This document shows, in pieces, positions 44,603 to 52,976 of a DNA stretch of 64,000 bases. The stretch is from an uncultured virus (IMG/VR IMGVR_UViG_3300028454_001154) (taxonomy: Duplodnaviria; Heunggongvirae; Uroviricota; Caudoviricetes): the IMG/VR virus record IMGVR_UViG_3300028454_001154, one strand, 5' to 3'. Position numbers and translations under genes: made by a program. The notes beneath the pieces were generated by a model. It did not search any database, had not been told where the DNA came from, and saw nothing but the letters and a program-made list of their open reading frames with translations. Positions within the stretch are counted from its first letter, which is position 1, and each line of letters opens with the position of its first letter.

Positions 44603-45763
44603 ATGGCGATAGATCGATTCCTCGATGATCTTGCATCGGCTTACAAAGGATCGCTCGGAACCAACGATCATCTTACTCTGTATTTGCTGGGCATTTTCCG
44701 TGAGATCGGTGTCATCCGAACTGACGGAGGCCCGGGAAGCGGAAACTGGGGCCATGAAGGCCGTCCAGGAAAAATCGGCGGCTCTGCCGAAGGCGGCGGC
44801 GTTCATAATAGGGAAGGAAGCAAAGCTCAGGGCTTCACCTCGTTTTCCAAAAAGAGTGCTGCTGCAGCCAAGCCGCACTCGTACACGATTGCTGACAGGA
44901 ATCTCGTCAAACAAATGAAAGGCTCCCTTATCAAGGTCAATGGCCGGATATATTCCGTAGCCGGGGATACCCTGTACGATATCAAGGCTCAAACATTCAG
45001 GCATGACTGGCCCACTATGGACGACACCGTTCAAGTGTTCCTCCACCATGGAGAGAACAAGAACTATTCCAAGGTCAAAGAGACGACAAGGCAGCATTTT
45101 GAAAGCATTGCTAAATCGTCCTTTAATGCTCAAAACGGGCAAGAAGCTGACGATAAGTTCCGCGAACAGTCCGGTAAGGTTTGGCGTACTTTGAGCCATG
45201 CACAGAAAAAAGACCTTTTTGGTTACACAGACTTCGATTATTCAGCCATAAACAGTGCTCTCAGGAGCAATGGAGGTTCCAGTCCGCTTGATGACGAGAA
45301 AACTGCAAGTCAGATTCGCAATATCACAAGAGCTATCGACAAGTCAGAACTCCAGCAGGACACTACCCTTTATCGCGGCGTTGCTAAGGGAACCTTCGAA
45401 AGTTTCATGGGGTTGCCATCAGGCTCACTTCAAGCTGACACTGTTGATCAGCTCGTAGGACGATGCAGAACAGATCACGGATTCCTGTCTTGCGGCTCGT
45501 CAAAAGAGAATGGGATGCCTCATTCCAACGTGCAATTGGAGATACTATGTCCAAAAGGTACTAAGGGTCTATACGCGGAGCCCTTTTCCGCTTTTGGCGA
45601 AGGCGATGGTGAGAAGTGGGACGGACGATCAAAGCAGAACAGCATTTCTCTTGAGGGCGAAACAATTCTGCAGCGGGGTACGTCGCTCGTTATTCTGTCT
45701 GCTGCTTATGACGGGAAGAAATACCGAATCAAGTGTGCTGTAAGAGGGCAAAGCCATAACTGA
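44603..45763 (+). CDS. VIP2/C3-like ADP-ribosyltransferase with shared leader
   Basis: YT...Y..IN..LR, LYRG, GFLSC, EGETILQRGT (R-S-ExE). Confidence 0.85.
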   Translation: MAIDRFLDDLASAYKGSLGTNDHLTLYLLGIFREIGVIRTDGGPGSGNWGHEGRPGKIGGSAEGGGVHNREGSKAQGFTSFSKKSAAAAKPHSYTIADRNLVKQMKGSLIKVNGRIYSVAGDTLYDIKAQTFRHDWPTMDDTVQVFLHHGENKNYSKVKETTRQHFESIAKSSFNAQNGQEADDKFREQSGKVWRTLSHAQKKDLFGYTDFDYSAINSALRSNGGSSPLDDEKTASQIRNITRAIDKSELQQDTTLYRGVAKGTFESFMGLPSGSLQADTVDQLVGRCRTDHGFLSCGSSKENGMPHSNVQLEILCPKGTKGLYAEPFSAFGEGDGEKWDGRSKQNSISLEGETILQRGTSLVILSAAYDGKKYRIKCAVRGQSHN

Positions 45764-45833
45764 TTTCTGCTTGCCTTTGCCTTTTGAAATGGTACAATGT
45801 AGATATAGAAACCATCTACAAGGAGGTCGTTGA

Positions 45834-46076
45834 ATGAAGAACCCGAGATTTGCCGACGATTCCGATTTCGGCGAGACCGTTGGTCCTGATCCCGATAAGA
45901 TTCCTTGTCGGAACTGTGCTTTGAGAGCGGAGGATTCCAAGTTCGGAAGCTTTGTCGAACCCGGATGCATTTCGGCGAAATGTCAAGTCTACGACATCAA
46001 ACCGAGTGAGATCCTGCTTGAGTATAAGGAATGTCCATATCACGTTGCCGAGGACAATCCTGAAGAAGACGAGTAA
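45834..46076 (+). CDS. Small Cys-rich protein, candidate immunity, with own promoter
   Basis: CRNC...C..Y..KP......CPY. Promoter TTGCCT-16-TACAAT at 45771 and terminator at ~46093-46123. Confidence 0.65.
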   Translation: MKNPRFADDSDFGETVGPDPDKIPCRNCALRAEDSKFGSFVEPGCISAKCQVYDIKPSEILLEYKECPYHVAEDNPEEDE

Positions 46077-46150
46077 CAAACCAATACTGCATGAAGCAGA
46101 GTACATTAAGTGCTCTGCTTTTTGTTTTGCCTGAACGGGGATGATGTTAT

Positions 46151-46324
46151 ATGAGGGAGAAGGAACTAATCGAAGTTTACATACGGACTGAGGCCGGGAA
46201 AACAGTCTGTATTTGTGAGCGGTCTCACAAGATGTGCGATAAAAAGTGTGAATGTGACATTGTCGAACGCGACAGGTTCCGTGGCTGGCAAGATGTCATG
46301 CGGGTGAATAAATACGGGAAATAG
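46151..46324 (+). CDS. Small Cys-rich protein (57 aa, not in ORF track)
   Basis: Open frame MREKELIEVY...CIC.....C...C.C...NKYGK directly before the next gene. Confidence 0.45.
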   Translation: MREKELIEVYIRTEAGKTVCICERSHKMCDKKCECDIVERDRFRGWQDVMRVNKYGK

Positions 46325-46329
46325 TTGTC

Positions 46330-47022
46330 ATGAAAGACTTTTCTGATTCCTTTATCAAACAGGTTGCCACAGCCTATATAGAAAGTGTTGGCGTGAACGA
46401 CGGCCTTGCAGATTATCTTCTCAGCATCCTTCAAGAAATCGGCGTTTTTACGCCATCATCTATTGACAAATCTTGCTCTAATAGTATGATGGTAACAGAA
46501 GCGAAGCATTCGGATTACGGCGTCAAAGGTATGAAATGGGGCGTTCGTAAAGAACGGCTATCCAAAAAGGACCTCGACGCTCTTACACGCTACAAATCGT
46601 CTGAGTCTTACAAAATCAATGCCAAGCTCCGCGATGGAGGGTATGACGCTCTACCCGATCCAGACAAGGCTTTTGTCGACCAGTTGGACGCTGCGCTGAA
46701 GAAGATGCCCCACTATGAAGGCCCTATCATTCGTGATCTTCTAATCGATGATCCAGAGGAATTATCGGATTTCCTTTCTAAGCATCCGCAAGACGGCCTA
46801 TCTCAATATGAAGCATATTCCTCTTTCAGCAAAAAGCCGGGATACAATCCAGATGCGAATGTCCACCTTGTAGTGCAGCATTCCAAGAATGCCCGTGATA
46901 TCAGTAATATTGGCCTTAACGAGAATGAGGTCATATATGAACGGGGGGCTCGATTCCATGTTTCGCGGATAATCCAAAGCGGAAATCAGTGGTACATCAT
47001 GGAGGAAGAAGTCAATGGATGA
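46330..47022 (+). CDS. VIP2/C3-like ADP-ribosyltransferase with shared leader and GMKWG module
   Basis: AL.RY....SY.IN.KLR, LD.ALKKMP.YEG...R, YSSFS, ENEVIYERG. Confidence 0.82.
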   Translation: MKDFSDSFIKQVATAYIESVGVNDGLADYLLSILQEIGVFTPSSIDKSCSNSMMVTEAKHSDYGVKGMKWGVRKERLSKKDLDALTRYKSSESYKINAKLRDGGYDALPDPDKAFVDQLDAALKKMPHYEGPIIRDLLIDDPEELSDFLSKHPQDGLSQYEAYSSFSKKPGYNPDANVHLVVQHSKNARDISNIGLNENEVIYERGARFHVSRIIQSGNQWYIMEEEVNG

Positions 47023-47227
47023 TGAAGAGTATATTCCCGGTTTTGAGCACGTACAGAAAGGCTACGGCGGGAAGATAGCAAAACTGTGTGGATTTGTTCA
47101 CGTCGACGAGGCCACCCGCGCCAAAAATTACGAAGAAGCGCTCAAGATGGTAGCTTGGTATGAAGAAGGCCGCGAAAAAGCTCGGCAAGAGATGATTAAG
47201 AAAGGTCTTATTGGGCCGGATGATTAG
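47015..47227 (+). CDS. Small protein, candidate immunity
   Basis: 70 aa, GGAGG RBS, overlaps the ART stop. Confidence 0.55.
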   Translation: MDDEEYIPGFEHVQKGYGGKIAKLCGFVHVDEATRAKNYEEALKMVAWYEEGREKARQEMIKKGLIGPDD

Positions 47228-47483
47228 CTGTTGCATCTCTATTTGCATAATGCTCGTGATCAGTCTGAAATCAAAGCTCATGCTGAATTGATTTACCAAA
47301 GCTGAATACCCGAACAAGCAGAGTATCAACTGATACCCTGCTTTTTTCATGCTCAAATCCAAATAAAAGGCCGAGAAAGGAGGAAACTCCTCTGGCTACC
47401 CAACTTTACATCCGAAGTAATAGAAAGGCTCCCACGAGGGCTACAGGCCCTCCCGTAAGGATGGCTACAAGGAGGATATCAAA

Positions 47484-47786
47484 ATGAAAAACGCTTATGT
47501 GCTTCAGAACATGGCAAGAACGCTGGCAAGAACAGCAGAGAATATCGATTTGCTGGTTCAGAACAGCAATCTCACCGACCGCGAAATGCCCAGTCTTTCT
47601 CCGATGTATGGCGATATGGCCCTCGACGAGTTGAACCATGTCCAAATCATCACACTTGAGCTGACCAAGCTTTTGCTTTCAAATACAAAGCCGGAAGTAC
47701 AAGAGGATGAAGCAGAAGGCAGCACGTTCGGCCCCGGCGAGCTTGACGATAAGCTGTCGTCCAAGGAGGCAGATACTGATGAATAG
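47484..47786 (+). CDS. Hypothetical protein
   Basis: AAGGAGG RBS. Confidence 0.6.
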   Translation: MKNAYVLQNMARTLARTAENIDLLVQNSNLTDREMPSLSPMYGDMALDELNHVQIITLELTKLLLSNTKPEVQEDEAEGSTFGPGELDDKLSSKEADTDE

Positions 47787-48066
47787 AGCAGAAGTGCTTG
47801 AAGCCGCTAAGATTTGCGTGTGCGGACAGAGGGAGCAGGACTATGGTAGTCCCGAAGATAACTTCGGCGTTATTGCCGATCTGTGGTCTGTTTATTCGGG
47901 ACACAAGTTCAGCGCTCTTGATGTCGCCATGATGATGGCTCTGCTGAAGGTGGCCCGTATCAAAAGCGGTGGCGGAACCGGAGACAGCTTTGTTGACCTT
48001 GCTGGCTATGCAGCCTGTGCAGGAGAAATCCACAGCAGGCTGACGGAGGAGGAATCCGATGAATAG
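47779..48066 (+). CDS. DUF6378-like phage protein
   Basis: REQDYGSPEDNF..IA.LWS.Y, DVAMMMALLKVAR, DSFVDLAGYAAC. Confidence 0.75.
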   Translation: MNRAEVLEAAKICVCGQREQDYGSPEDNFGVIADLWSVYSGHKFSALDVAMMMALLKVARIKSGGGTGDSFVDLAGYAACAGEIHSRLTEEESDE

Positions 48067-49630
48067 CCCCACGCTGAAAAGAGTGATCCGTCTCGACAAC
48101 ATGCCTATGAACGAGACGTATTTCACTTCCGAAGGATACCTGCGCGATAAGCCGATACTGACTCGCGTGGGTATTTTTGAATACACAAACTCCGATGGAA
48201 GCATTCGTAGGGAGCTCAGACTACCCGAGGAAGTCTTCGATCCGGAAAGCCTTGCTTCCTATAAGGGAAAGCCCATCATCTGTACGCATGATGCCGGGCT
48301 GATCGATAAGGATAATGTGTCTGATGAAGGCATCGGCACAATCCTGTCGGAAGGGATTAAGGACGGAGACAATGTTAGAGCTGATATCGTCATTCACGAT
48401 ACGGATATTCTCAAAGAAACCAAGATGCGCGAGCTCAGCCTTGGCTATTCCTTGGATCTTGATGAAGAACCGGGTGAATGGAACGGAAAGCACTACGACG
48501 CTATCCAACGGAACATAAGAATCAATCACCTCGCTCTGGTTGGTGAGGCCAGAGCTGGCGATAAGGCACGGTTGAATATCGATGGCCGTGACTCTGAAAA
48601 ATCTCTCAAAGGAGGAAAAGGAATGAAGAACTCTCACACCGCCCGTACTGACGGTATCCTCTCCGCTGAAGAGCTGGAGCAGGCTATCGCTGAGTACAAG
48701 GCCAACCGCAAGAACAGCGCCACACCTGCTCAGGATGGCGAGGAGGGCAAGCCCATCATGAGTACCCCTCCCGTCATGAAACAACCGATGAAGGAGCCTG
48801 TCGTCAAGCCCGTCGAGAAGAAGGAAGACGAGGACGAGGATAAGCCCGTGTCTCCCATGGACACCAACGAGGCTATCGAGGAAAAGGTTGCCGCCATCAA
48901 GGATAAGCACGAAGATGAAGACCCTGATCTTCAGAAGCTGTACGACATCATCGACTCTCTGCTTGCTGAGCGCCAGTTCAAGGCTGCTGACTGCAAGAGC
49001 ATGGATGGCGAGGACGAGGAGGATGTCTTCGAGAAGGACTGCATCGTAAAGGACTCCGAAGATGAGACCGAGGTCAAGAAGCCTGCGTTCATGGAGGATG
49101 AAGATGACTTCGAGCTTACCGATAAGAAAAAGAAGAACAAAGCCCCCTTTATCGACGAGGATGATGCCGACGAGGATATTCCTGACACGAATGAAGAAGA
49201 GGCCGCGAACCTCGACGACGACGATGAGGACATCCCGGTGAAGACTCCCGAAGAGGTCGATGATGATAAGCCCCTGAACACTGACTCTGTTGACGCCATT
49301 GTTCGGGCTCGCATTCAGGTCGGCATGATGGGCCGTGCGTTGAACATGGATGGTCTGGAGTCTATGAAGCTGCGCGATGCGAGAAAGGCCATCATCAAGG
49401 CTGTTCGTCCTTCCATGAATCTGGATGGCAAGAGCAACGCTTTCGTTCGCGCTGCTTATGAGATGGCCTGTGATGAGATTCGCTCCCGTCGACAGAAGGA
49501 TACCCGCTATCAGAAGCGCCAGATGTTCAACGGCCTCCGCAAGGATTCCGCTGATAATTCTGGCTCCGCCAATGCTGCCCGTGAGCGCATGATTGCTCGC
49601 CAGCAGAACAGAAACAATAAGGAGGACTAA
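48059..49630 (+). CDS. DUF2213-type prohead protease / scaffold protein
   Basis: EGYL, RVGIFEY, SLAS..GKPI...H, ELSLGY, YDAIQRNI..NHLALV..ARAG. Long acidic scaffold-like C-terminus. Confidence 0.88.
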   Translation: MNSPTLKRVIRLDNMPMNETYFTSEGYLRDKPILTRVGIFEYTNSDGSIRRELRLPEEVFDPESLASYKGKPIICTHDAGLIDKDNVSDEGIGTILSEGIKDGDNVRADIVIHDTDILKETKMRELSLGYSLDLDEEPGEWNGKHYDAIQRNIRINHLALVGEARAGDKARLNIDGRDSEKSLKGGKGMKNSHTARTDGILSAEELEQAIAEYKANRKNSATPAQDGEEGKPIMSTPPVMKQPMKEPVVKPVEKKEDEDEDKPVSPMDTNEAIEEKVAAIKDKHEDEDPDLQKLYDIIDSLLAERQFKAADCKSMDGEDEEDVFEKDCIVKDSEDETEVKKPAFMEDEDDFELTDKKKKNKAPFIDEDDADEDIPDTNEEEAANLDDDDEDIPVKTPEEVDDDKPLNTDSVDAIVRARIQVGMMGRALNMDGLESMKLRDARKAIIKAVRPSMNLDGKSNAFVRAAYEMACDEIRSRRQKDTRYQKRQMFNGLRKDSADNSGSANAARERMIARQQNRNNKED

Positions 49631-49633
49631 TAA

Positions 49634-50134
49634 ATGAGCGCACAGACTCGCTATTCCTACTCGACCCCGATGGGAGCCCCCGGTGGCATCGTCGATCTGG
49701 CTCCCCATGCTATCGATACCTTCCTGAACGAGGAAAATACCGGAGTGATGAAGCCCGGCTTTGGCGTCGTTTACGGCACGACTCCTGGCGTCAACATCAA
49801 GCTGCCTGTGTCTGGCAAGACCGCTGCGAATTTCGCCGGAATTGTCACGAACAACCGCACCACTGAGTACGACCTTGAGGGCGCCATCCATGTCCGCAAG
49901 GGTGCCGCCATGGGCGTTATGCGCTATGGCCGCATTTATGGCCGCGTTCCCGCCGATACTGAGATCGCTTACGGAGATCCCGTCAAGCTGATCATCACTG
50001 GCGATCACGCGGGTAAGTTCTGCGCTACCGCTCCCACTGGTGCTTCCACTGTGAACATCAAGGGTCGGTTCCTCAGCACTGTTGACACGACCACTGAGGT
50101 CGCCATGATCGAGCTTTTCAACGAGGCTCAGTAA
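49634..50134 (+). CDS. Capsid decoration/cement protein
   Basis: Lies between protease and major capsid genes, with high-expression codon bias. Confidence 0.7.
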   Translation: MSAQTRYSYSTPMGAPGGIVDLAPHAIDTFLNEENTGVMKPGFGVVYGTTPGVNIKLPVSGKTAANFAGIVTNNRTTEYDLEGAIHVRKGAAMGVMRYGRIYGRVPADTEIAYGDPVKLIITGDHAGKFCATAPTGASTVNIKGRFLSTVDTTTEVAMIELFNEAQ

Positions 50135-50155
50135 CCTATAAGGAGGAAACGAATA

Positions 50156-51193
50156 ATGGCTAAGAGCAAAAAGCACATGAACTATGACAAGGCGGATGCC
50201 AAGGCTCTCCTGAAGTCTGCCATCCCCACTGCCATTCTCAACTCTCCCGGCACTCGTTTCGACAGTGCCGAGGATGCTTCGGTATTTTTCGCTCGTGAGC
50301 TGGATCACGTCAAATCCCAGTCTTACGACGTCGAATACCCCGAGATGACCGCGCTGTCGAAGTTCCCCATCACCTCTGAGGCTGATCCCGGCGCTGAGAC
50401 AGTTACTTATTACACCTACGATAAGCAGGGTCTGGCAAAGGTCATCGACAACTACAGCGACGACCTGCCCCGCGCGGACGTGAACGGCAAGCCCTCCACG
50501 GCTGTTGTGAAGTCCCTCGGTGATTCCTATGGCTACTCCGCTCAGGAGATGCGTGCTTCCCGTCTGGCTGGCAAGTCTCTTGACAGCCGCAAGGCCGAGG
50601 CCGCCCGGTATGCCATCGACAACAAGACCAACATGATCGCTTGGAGAGGCGATGCCAACAGCGGTCTGCTGGGCGTCCTGTCCACTGAGCAGAACATTCC
50701 TCTGTACACCGTTCCCAACGGTGCTGCCGGAAGCTCTTCTTGGAAGACCAAGACTGCCGATGAGATTCTGGCCGATGTAAGCGGCATGCAGATGCAGGTC
50801 GCTGAGACCACCAATAACGTCGAGCGTCCTGATACTCTGTGCGTCCCCGCTGATGTCTATATGGATATCAGCACCCGTCGCATTCCCGACACCAGCAGCA
50901 CTGTCCTGAAGTTCATCCTTGACCATTCTCCGTACATCAAGGAAGTCATCAGCACCGCTGAACTGGGCGCGAAGAACACTGAGACTAACCCCTATGCTGC
51001 TGCTTCTGGCGGCTCCGGTGTTGCCTTCCTGTTTACCAATAACGAGCGTAAGCTCGCGTTGGAGAACCCCATGCCCTTCTATCAGTATCCCATCCAGACC
51101 CGCAATCTGGAGACCATCATTCCCTGCGAGGCCCGCACTGCTGGCGTCATCGTGTACTATCCGATGTCTGCCCTGATTGCTGTCGGCGTCTAA
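50156..51193 (+). CDS. Major capsid protein (DUF2184-type)
   Basis: FFAREL, DDLP.AD, YGYS.QE, W..KT..EI..D, RTAGVIVYYP. Strongest codon bias in the window. Confidence 0.9.
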   Translation: MAKSKKHMNYDKADAKALLKSAIPTAILNSPGTRFDSAEDASVFFARELDHVKSQSYDVEYPEMTALSKFPITSEADPGAETVTYYTYDKQGLAKVIDNYSDDLPRADVNGKPSTAVVKSLGDSYGYSAQEMRASRLAGKSLDSRKAEAARYAIDNKTNMIAWRGDANSGLLGVLSTEQNIPLYTVPNGAAGSSSWKTKTADEILADVSGMQMQVAETTNNVERPDTLCVPADVYMDISTRRIPDTSSTVLKFILDHSPYIKEVISTAELGAKNTETNPYAAASGGSGVAFLFTNNERKLALENPMPFYQYPIQTRNLETIIPCEARTAGVIVYYPMSALIAVGV

Positions 51194-51207
51194 TAACGTT
51201 CCATATA

Positions 51208-51239
51208 CAAGAGGGTGCTGTGAAAGCAGCACCCTCTTG
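51208..51239 (+). terminator. Strong hairpin after the capsid gene
   Basis: 13-bp CAAGAGGGTGCTG / CAGCACCCTCTTG. No U tract, so it may be a stabiliser or partial terminator. Confidence 0.6.
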
Positions 51240-51277
51240 CTATAATCAGTTTTCCACTATCACAGGAGGTTGCAAAA

Positions 51278-51646
51278 ATGAAGTTTACCAATAGGAGCGC
51301 GAAGATCATCGGTATTAACGGTGTCTACCTGATGCCTGATGAATCCATCGAGATCACCAAGAAGCAGTCGGAGTCTCCTGCCGTTCAGGCTTATCTGCGG
51401 CTCAATCTCGGAACTCTCGAAGAGGGTCAGATTGAGTTTCAGGCAGCTGTAGAAGCCGCTGCGAAGGCCGCTGCTGAGAAAGCTGCCGAAGAAGCCACCG
51501 CAAAAGCTGCCGCCGAAAAGGAATTGGCTGCAAATGCTTCCGAATCCGCTGATACCAAGGCCGAAGAGGACGCTCCCGCTGAACAGAAGCCTGCTACCAA
51601 GAGAGGCAGAAGCTCCAAGAACGCTGCCACAGAAACCAAAGAATAA
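51278..51646 (+). CDS. Hypothetical head-associated protein
   Basis: AGGAGG RBS and an A/E/K-rich tail. Confidence 0.6.
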   Translation: MKFTNRSAKIIGINGVYLMPDESIEITKKQSESPAVQAYLRLNLGTLEEGQIEFQAAVEAAAKAAAEKAAEEATAKAAAEKELAANASESADTKAEEDAPAEQKPATKRGRSSKNAATETKE

Positions 51647-51658
51647 AGGAATGAGATC

Positions 51659-52084
51659 ATGACGGTCTTACAGATGATTCGAGTTCTTGCACCAGAGTTC
51701 TCGGAAGTGTCTGATGAAGAGCTTAAGCAGTACATCGACATCTTCAGGCCAATGGTGAGCAGAAAGCAGTTCGGCAATCTGTTCAAGCAAGGGCTTGCAT
51801 ACCTTGTCTGCCACAAACTCAAAATCGCTGGCTTTGGCGAGAACCCGCTCGGTGAAATGGGGAAGATCGGCGTAGGCTTTTCCATAGGCAGTGTTTCTGA
51901 GGGTGGCAGCAGCATCAGCTTTGGCGCCGGGCAGTCGTCCAACCTGACGCCCGACGCAGAGCTTGGGTTGACCATTTATGGTGTTCAGTTCCTCCAGTTG
52001 CGAAGGTATGTCATTGTTCCTATCCATATTTCCAACGAAAAGGTGGAAGTGCCGGATTACGATTCGGACGAGGAATTGTACTAA
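51659..52084 (+). CDS. Head-tail adaptor (DUF4054-like)
   Basis: PEF, YLVCH.L, SVSEG..SISF, T.YG.QF.QL. Confidence 0.75.
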   Translation: MTVLQMIRVLAPEFSEVSDEELKQYIDIFRPMVSRKQFGNLFKQGLAYLVCHKLKIAGFGENPLGEMGKIGVGFSIGSVSEGGSSISFGAGQSSNLTPDAELGLTIYGVQFLQLRRYVIVPIHISNEKVEVPDYDSDEELY

Positions 52085-52097
52085 GGATGGTGGACCT

Positions 52098-52562
52098 ATG
52101 GCATTTTTTAATGCTCCCGGACTCACACTTACATCTGAAGGCCGTCAAGTCACCCAAAAGCTCAAAGAGCTTGAAGGGATAACGCTGAAGTTTGGCTTTC
52201 AGGCTGGTGAAGATCCGTATGAAGACGGTACGGAGCTTACCACCATTGCTGCAGCGAACGAACTCGGCGGTTCCAACAGGCCAGCTCGTCCGTTCATGCG
52301 CCAGTCGTGGGAAAACCATGAAGACGAGCTTAAACAGATGTGTGAGCGAGGGCTTAAGATAATCTACGGCGGCGGATCGGTAGAACAGGCATGTGCCTCA
52401 ATCGGTGTTGGTGGAGTTGGTCTTATCCAACGGGAAATCGTTGAAGGCGGCTTTGCTCCCAATGCACCTGCAACTATTGCAAGGAAGGGCTCTGACACGC
52501 CTCTGATCGATACGGCGCACATGCGTCAATCTGTACGATTCAAAGTTGAGAAGGGAGAATAG
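52098..52562 (+). CDS. Neck / tail-completion protein
   Basis: IAAANELG...PARPFMR, PNAPATIARKGSD.PLIDT. Confidence 0.75.
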   Translation: MAFFNAPGLTLTSEGRQVTQKLKELEGITLKFGFQAGEDPYEDGTELTTIAAANELGGSNRPARPFMRQSWENHEDELKQMCERGLKIIYGGGSVEQACASIGVGGVGLIQREIVEGGFAPNAPATIARKGSDTPLIDTAHMRQSVRFKVEKGE

Positions 52563-52565
52563 CCG

Positions 52566-52976
52566 ATGAACATAACGCTGTTCAACAAGTATTACTGGAT
52601 CAGACGCTTTGGAGTACAGCGTGAAGTGAAGGGCTATCTTGTTTCCAGCAATGAGGACTTCGTCGTTCATATCCATGTTCACCCGCTCGGAACCGACCAG
52701 CAACAGGCGCTGCCTGAAGGTGAACGAAGGCTAAAGCACCTTGAAGGTCATGGCACAGTGCAACTACTGGTTGCCGACGAGCGGCTGAACAGGAAAGGCG
52801 ATCTCCTGTATTATGGCGGTGAATGGTACGAATGCAAGAGTTGTGTCCTTTGGGATCATACGATTCTGGAGCATTACAATTATCAATTTATGCTTGTACC
52901 GCAAGACGGTTCGTGGTCGCCGGATCTTGATAATCCGCCCAATACCGTACCGAGTAAGGCAGGTGTTAGACCGTGA
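52566..52976 (+). CDS. Head closure-like protein
   Basis: QALPEGER and GDLLYY.GEWYE. Position in the neck module. Confidence 0.6.
   Translation: MNITLFNKYYWIRRFGVQREVKGYLVSSNEDFVVHIHVHPLGTDQQQALPEGERRLKHLEGHGTVQLLVADERLNRKGDLLYYGGEWYECKSCVLWDHTILEHYNYQFMLVPQDGSWSPDLDNPPNTVPSKAGVRP

Noticed and set aside
37935..44790. DGGPGSGN repeats as DGR template/variable repeats or DNA recombination sites
   Set aside because: Copies differ mainly at synonymous positions rather than at adenines, and there is no reverse transcriptase in the window. Conservation is at the peptide level.
48221..51232. 1003-aa ORF on the minus strand
   Set aside because: It lies antisense to the protease, decoration and capsid genes. 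Their strong codon bias removes stops on the opposite strand. It has no RBS or recognisable domain, so it is a shadow ORF.
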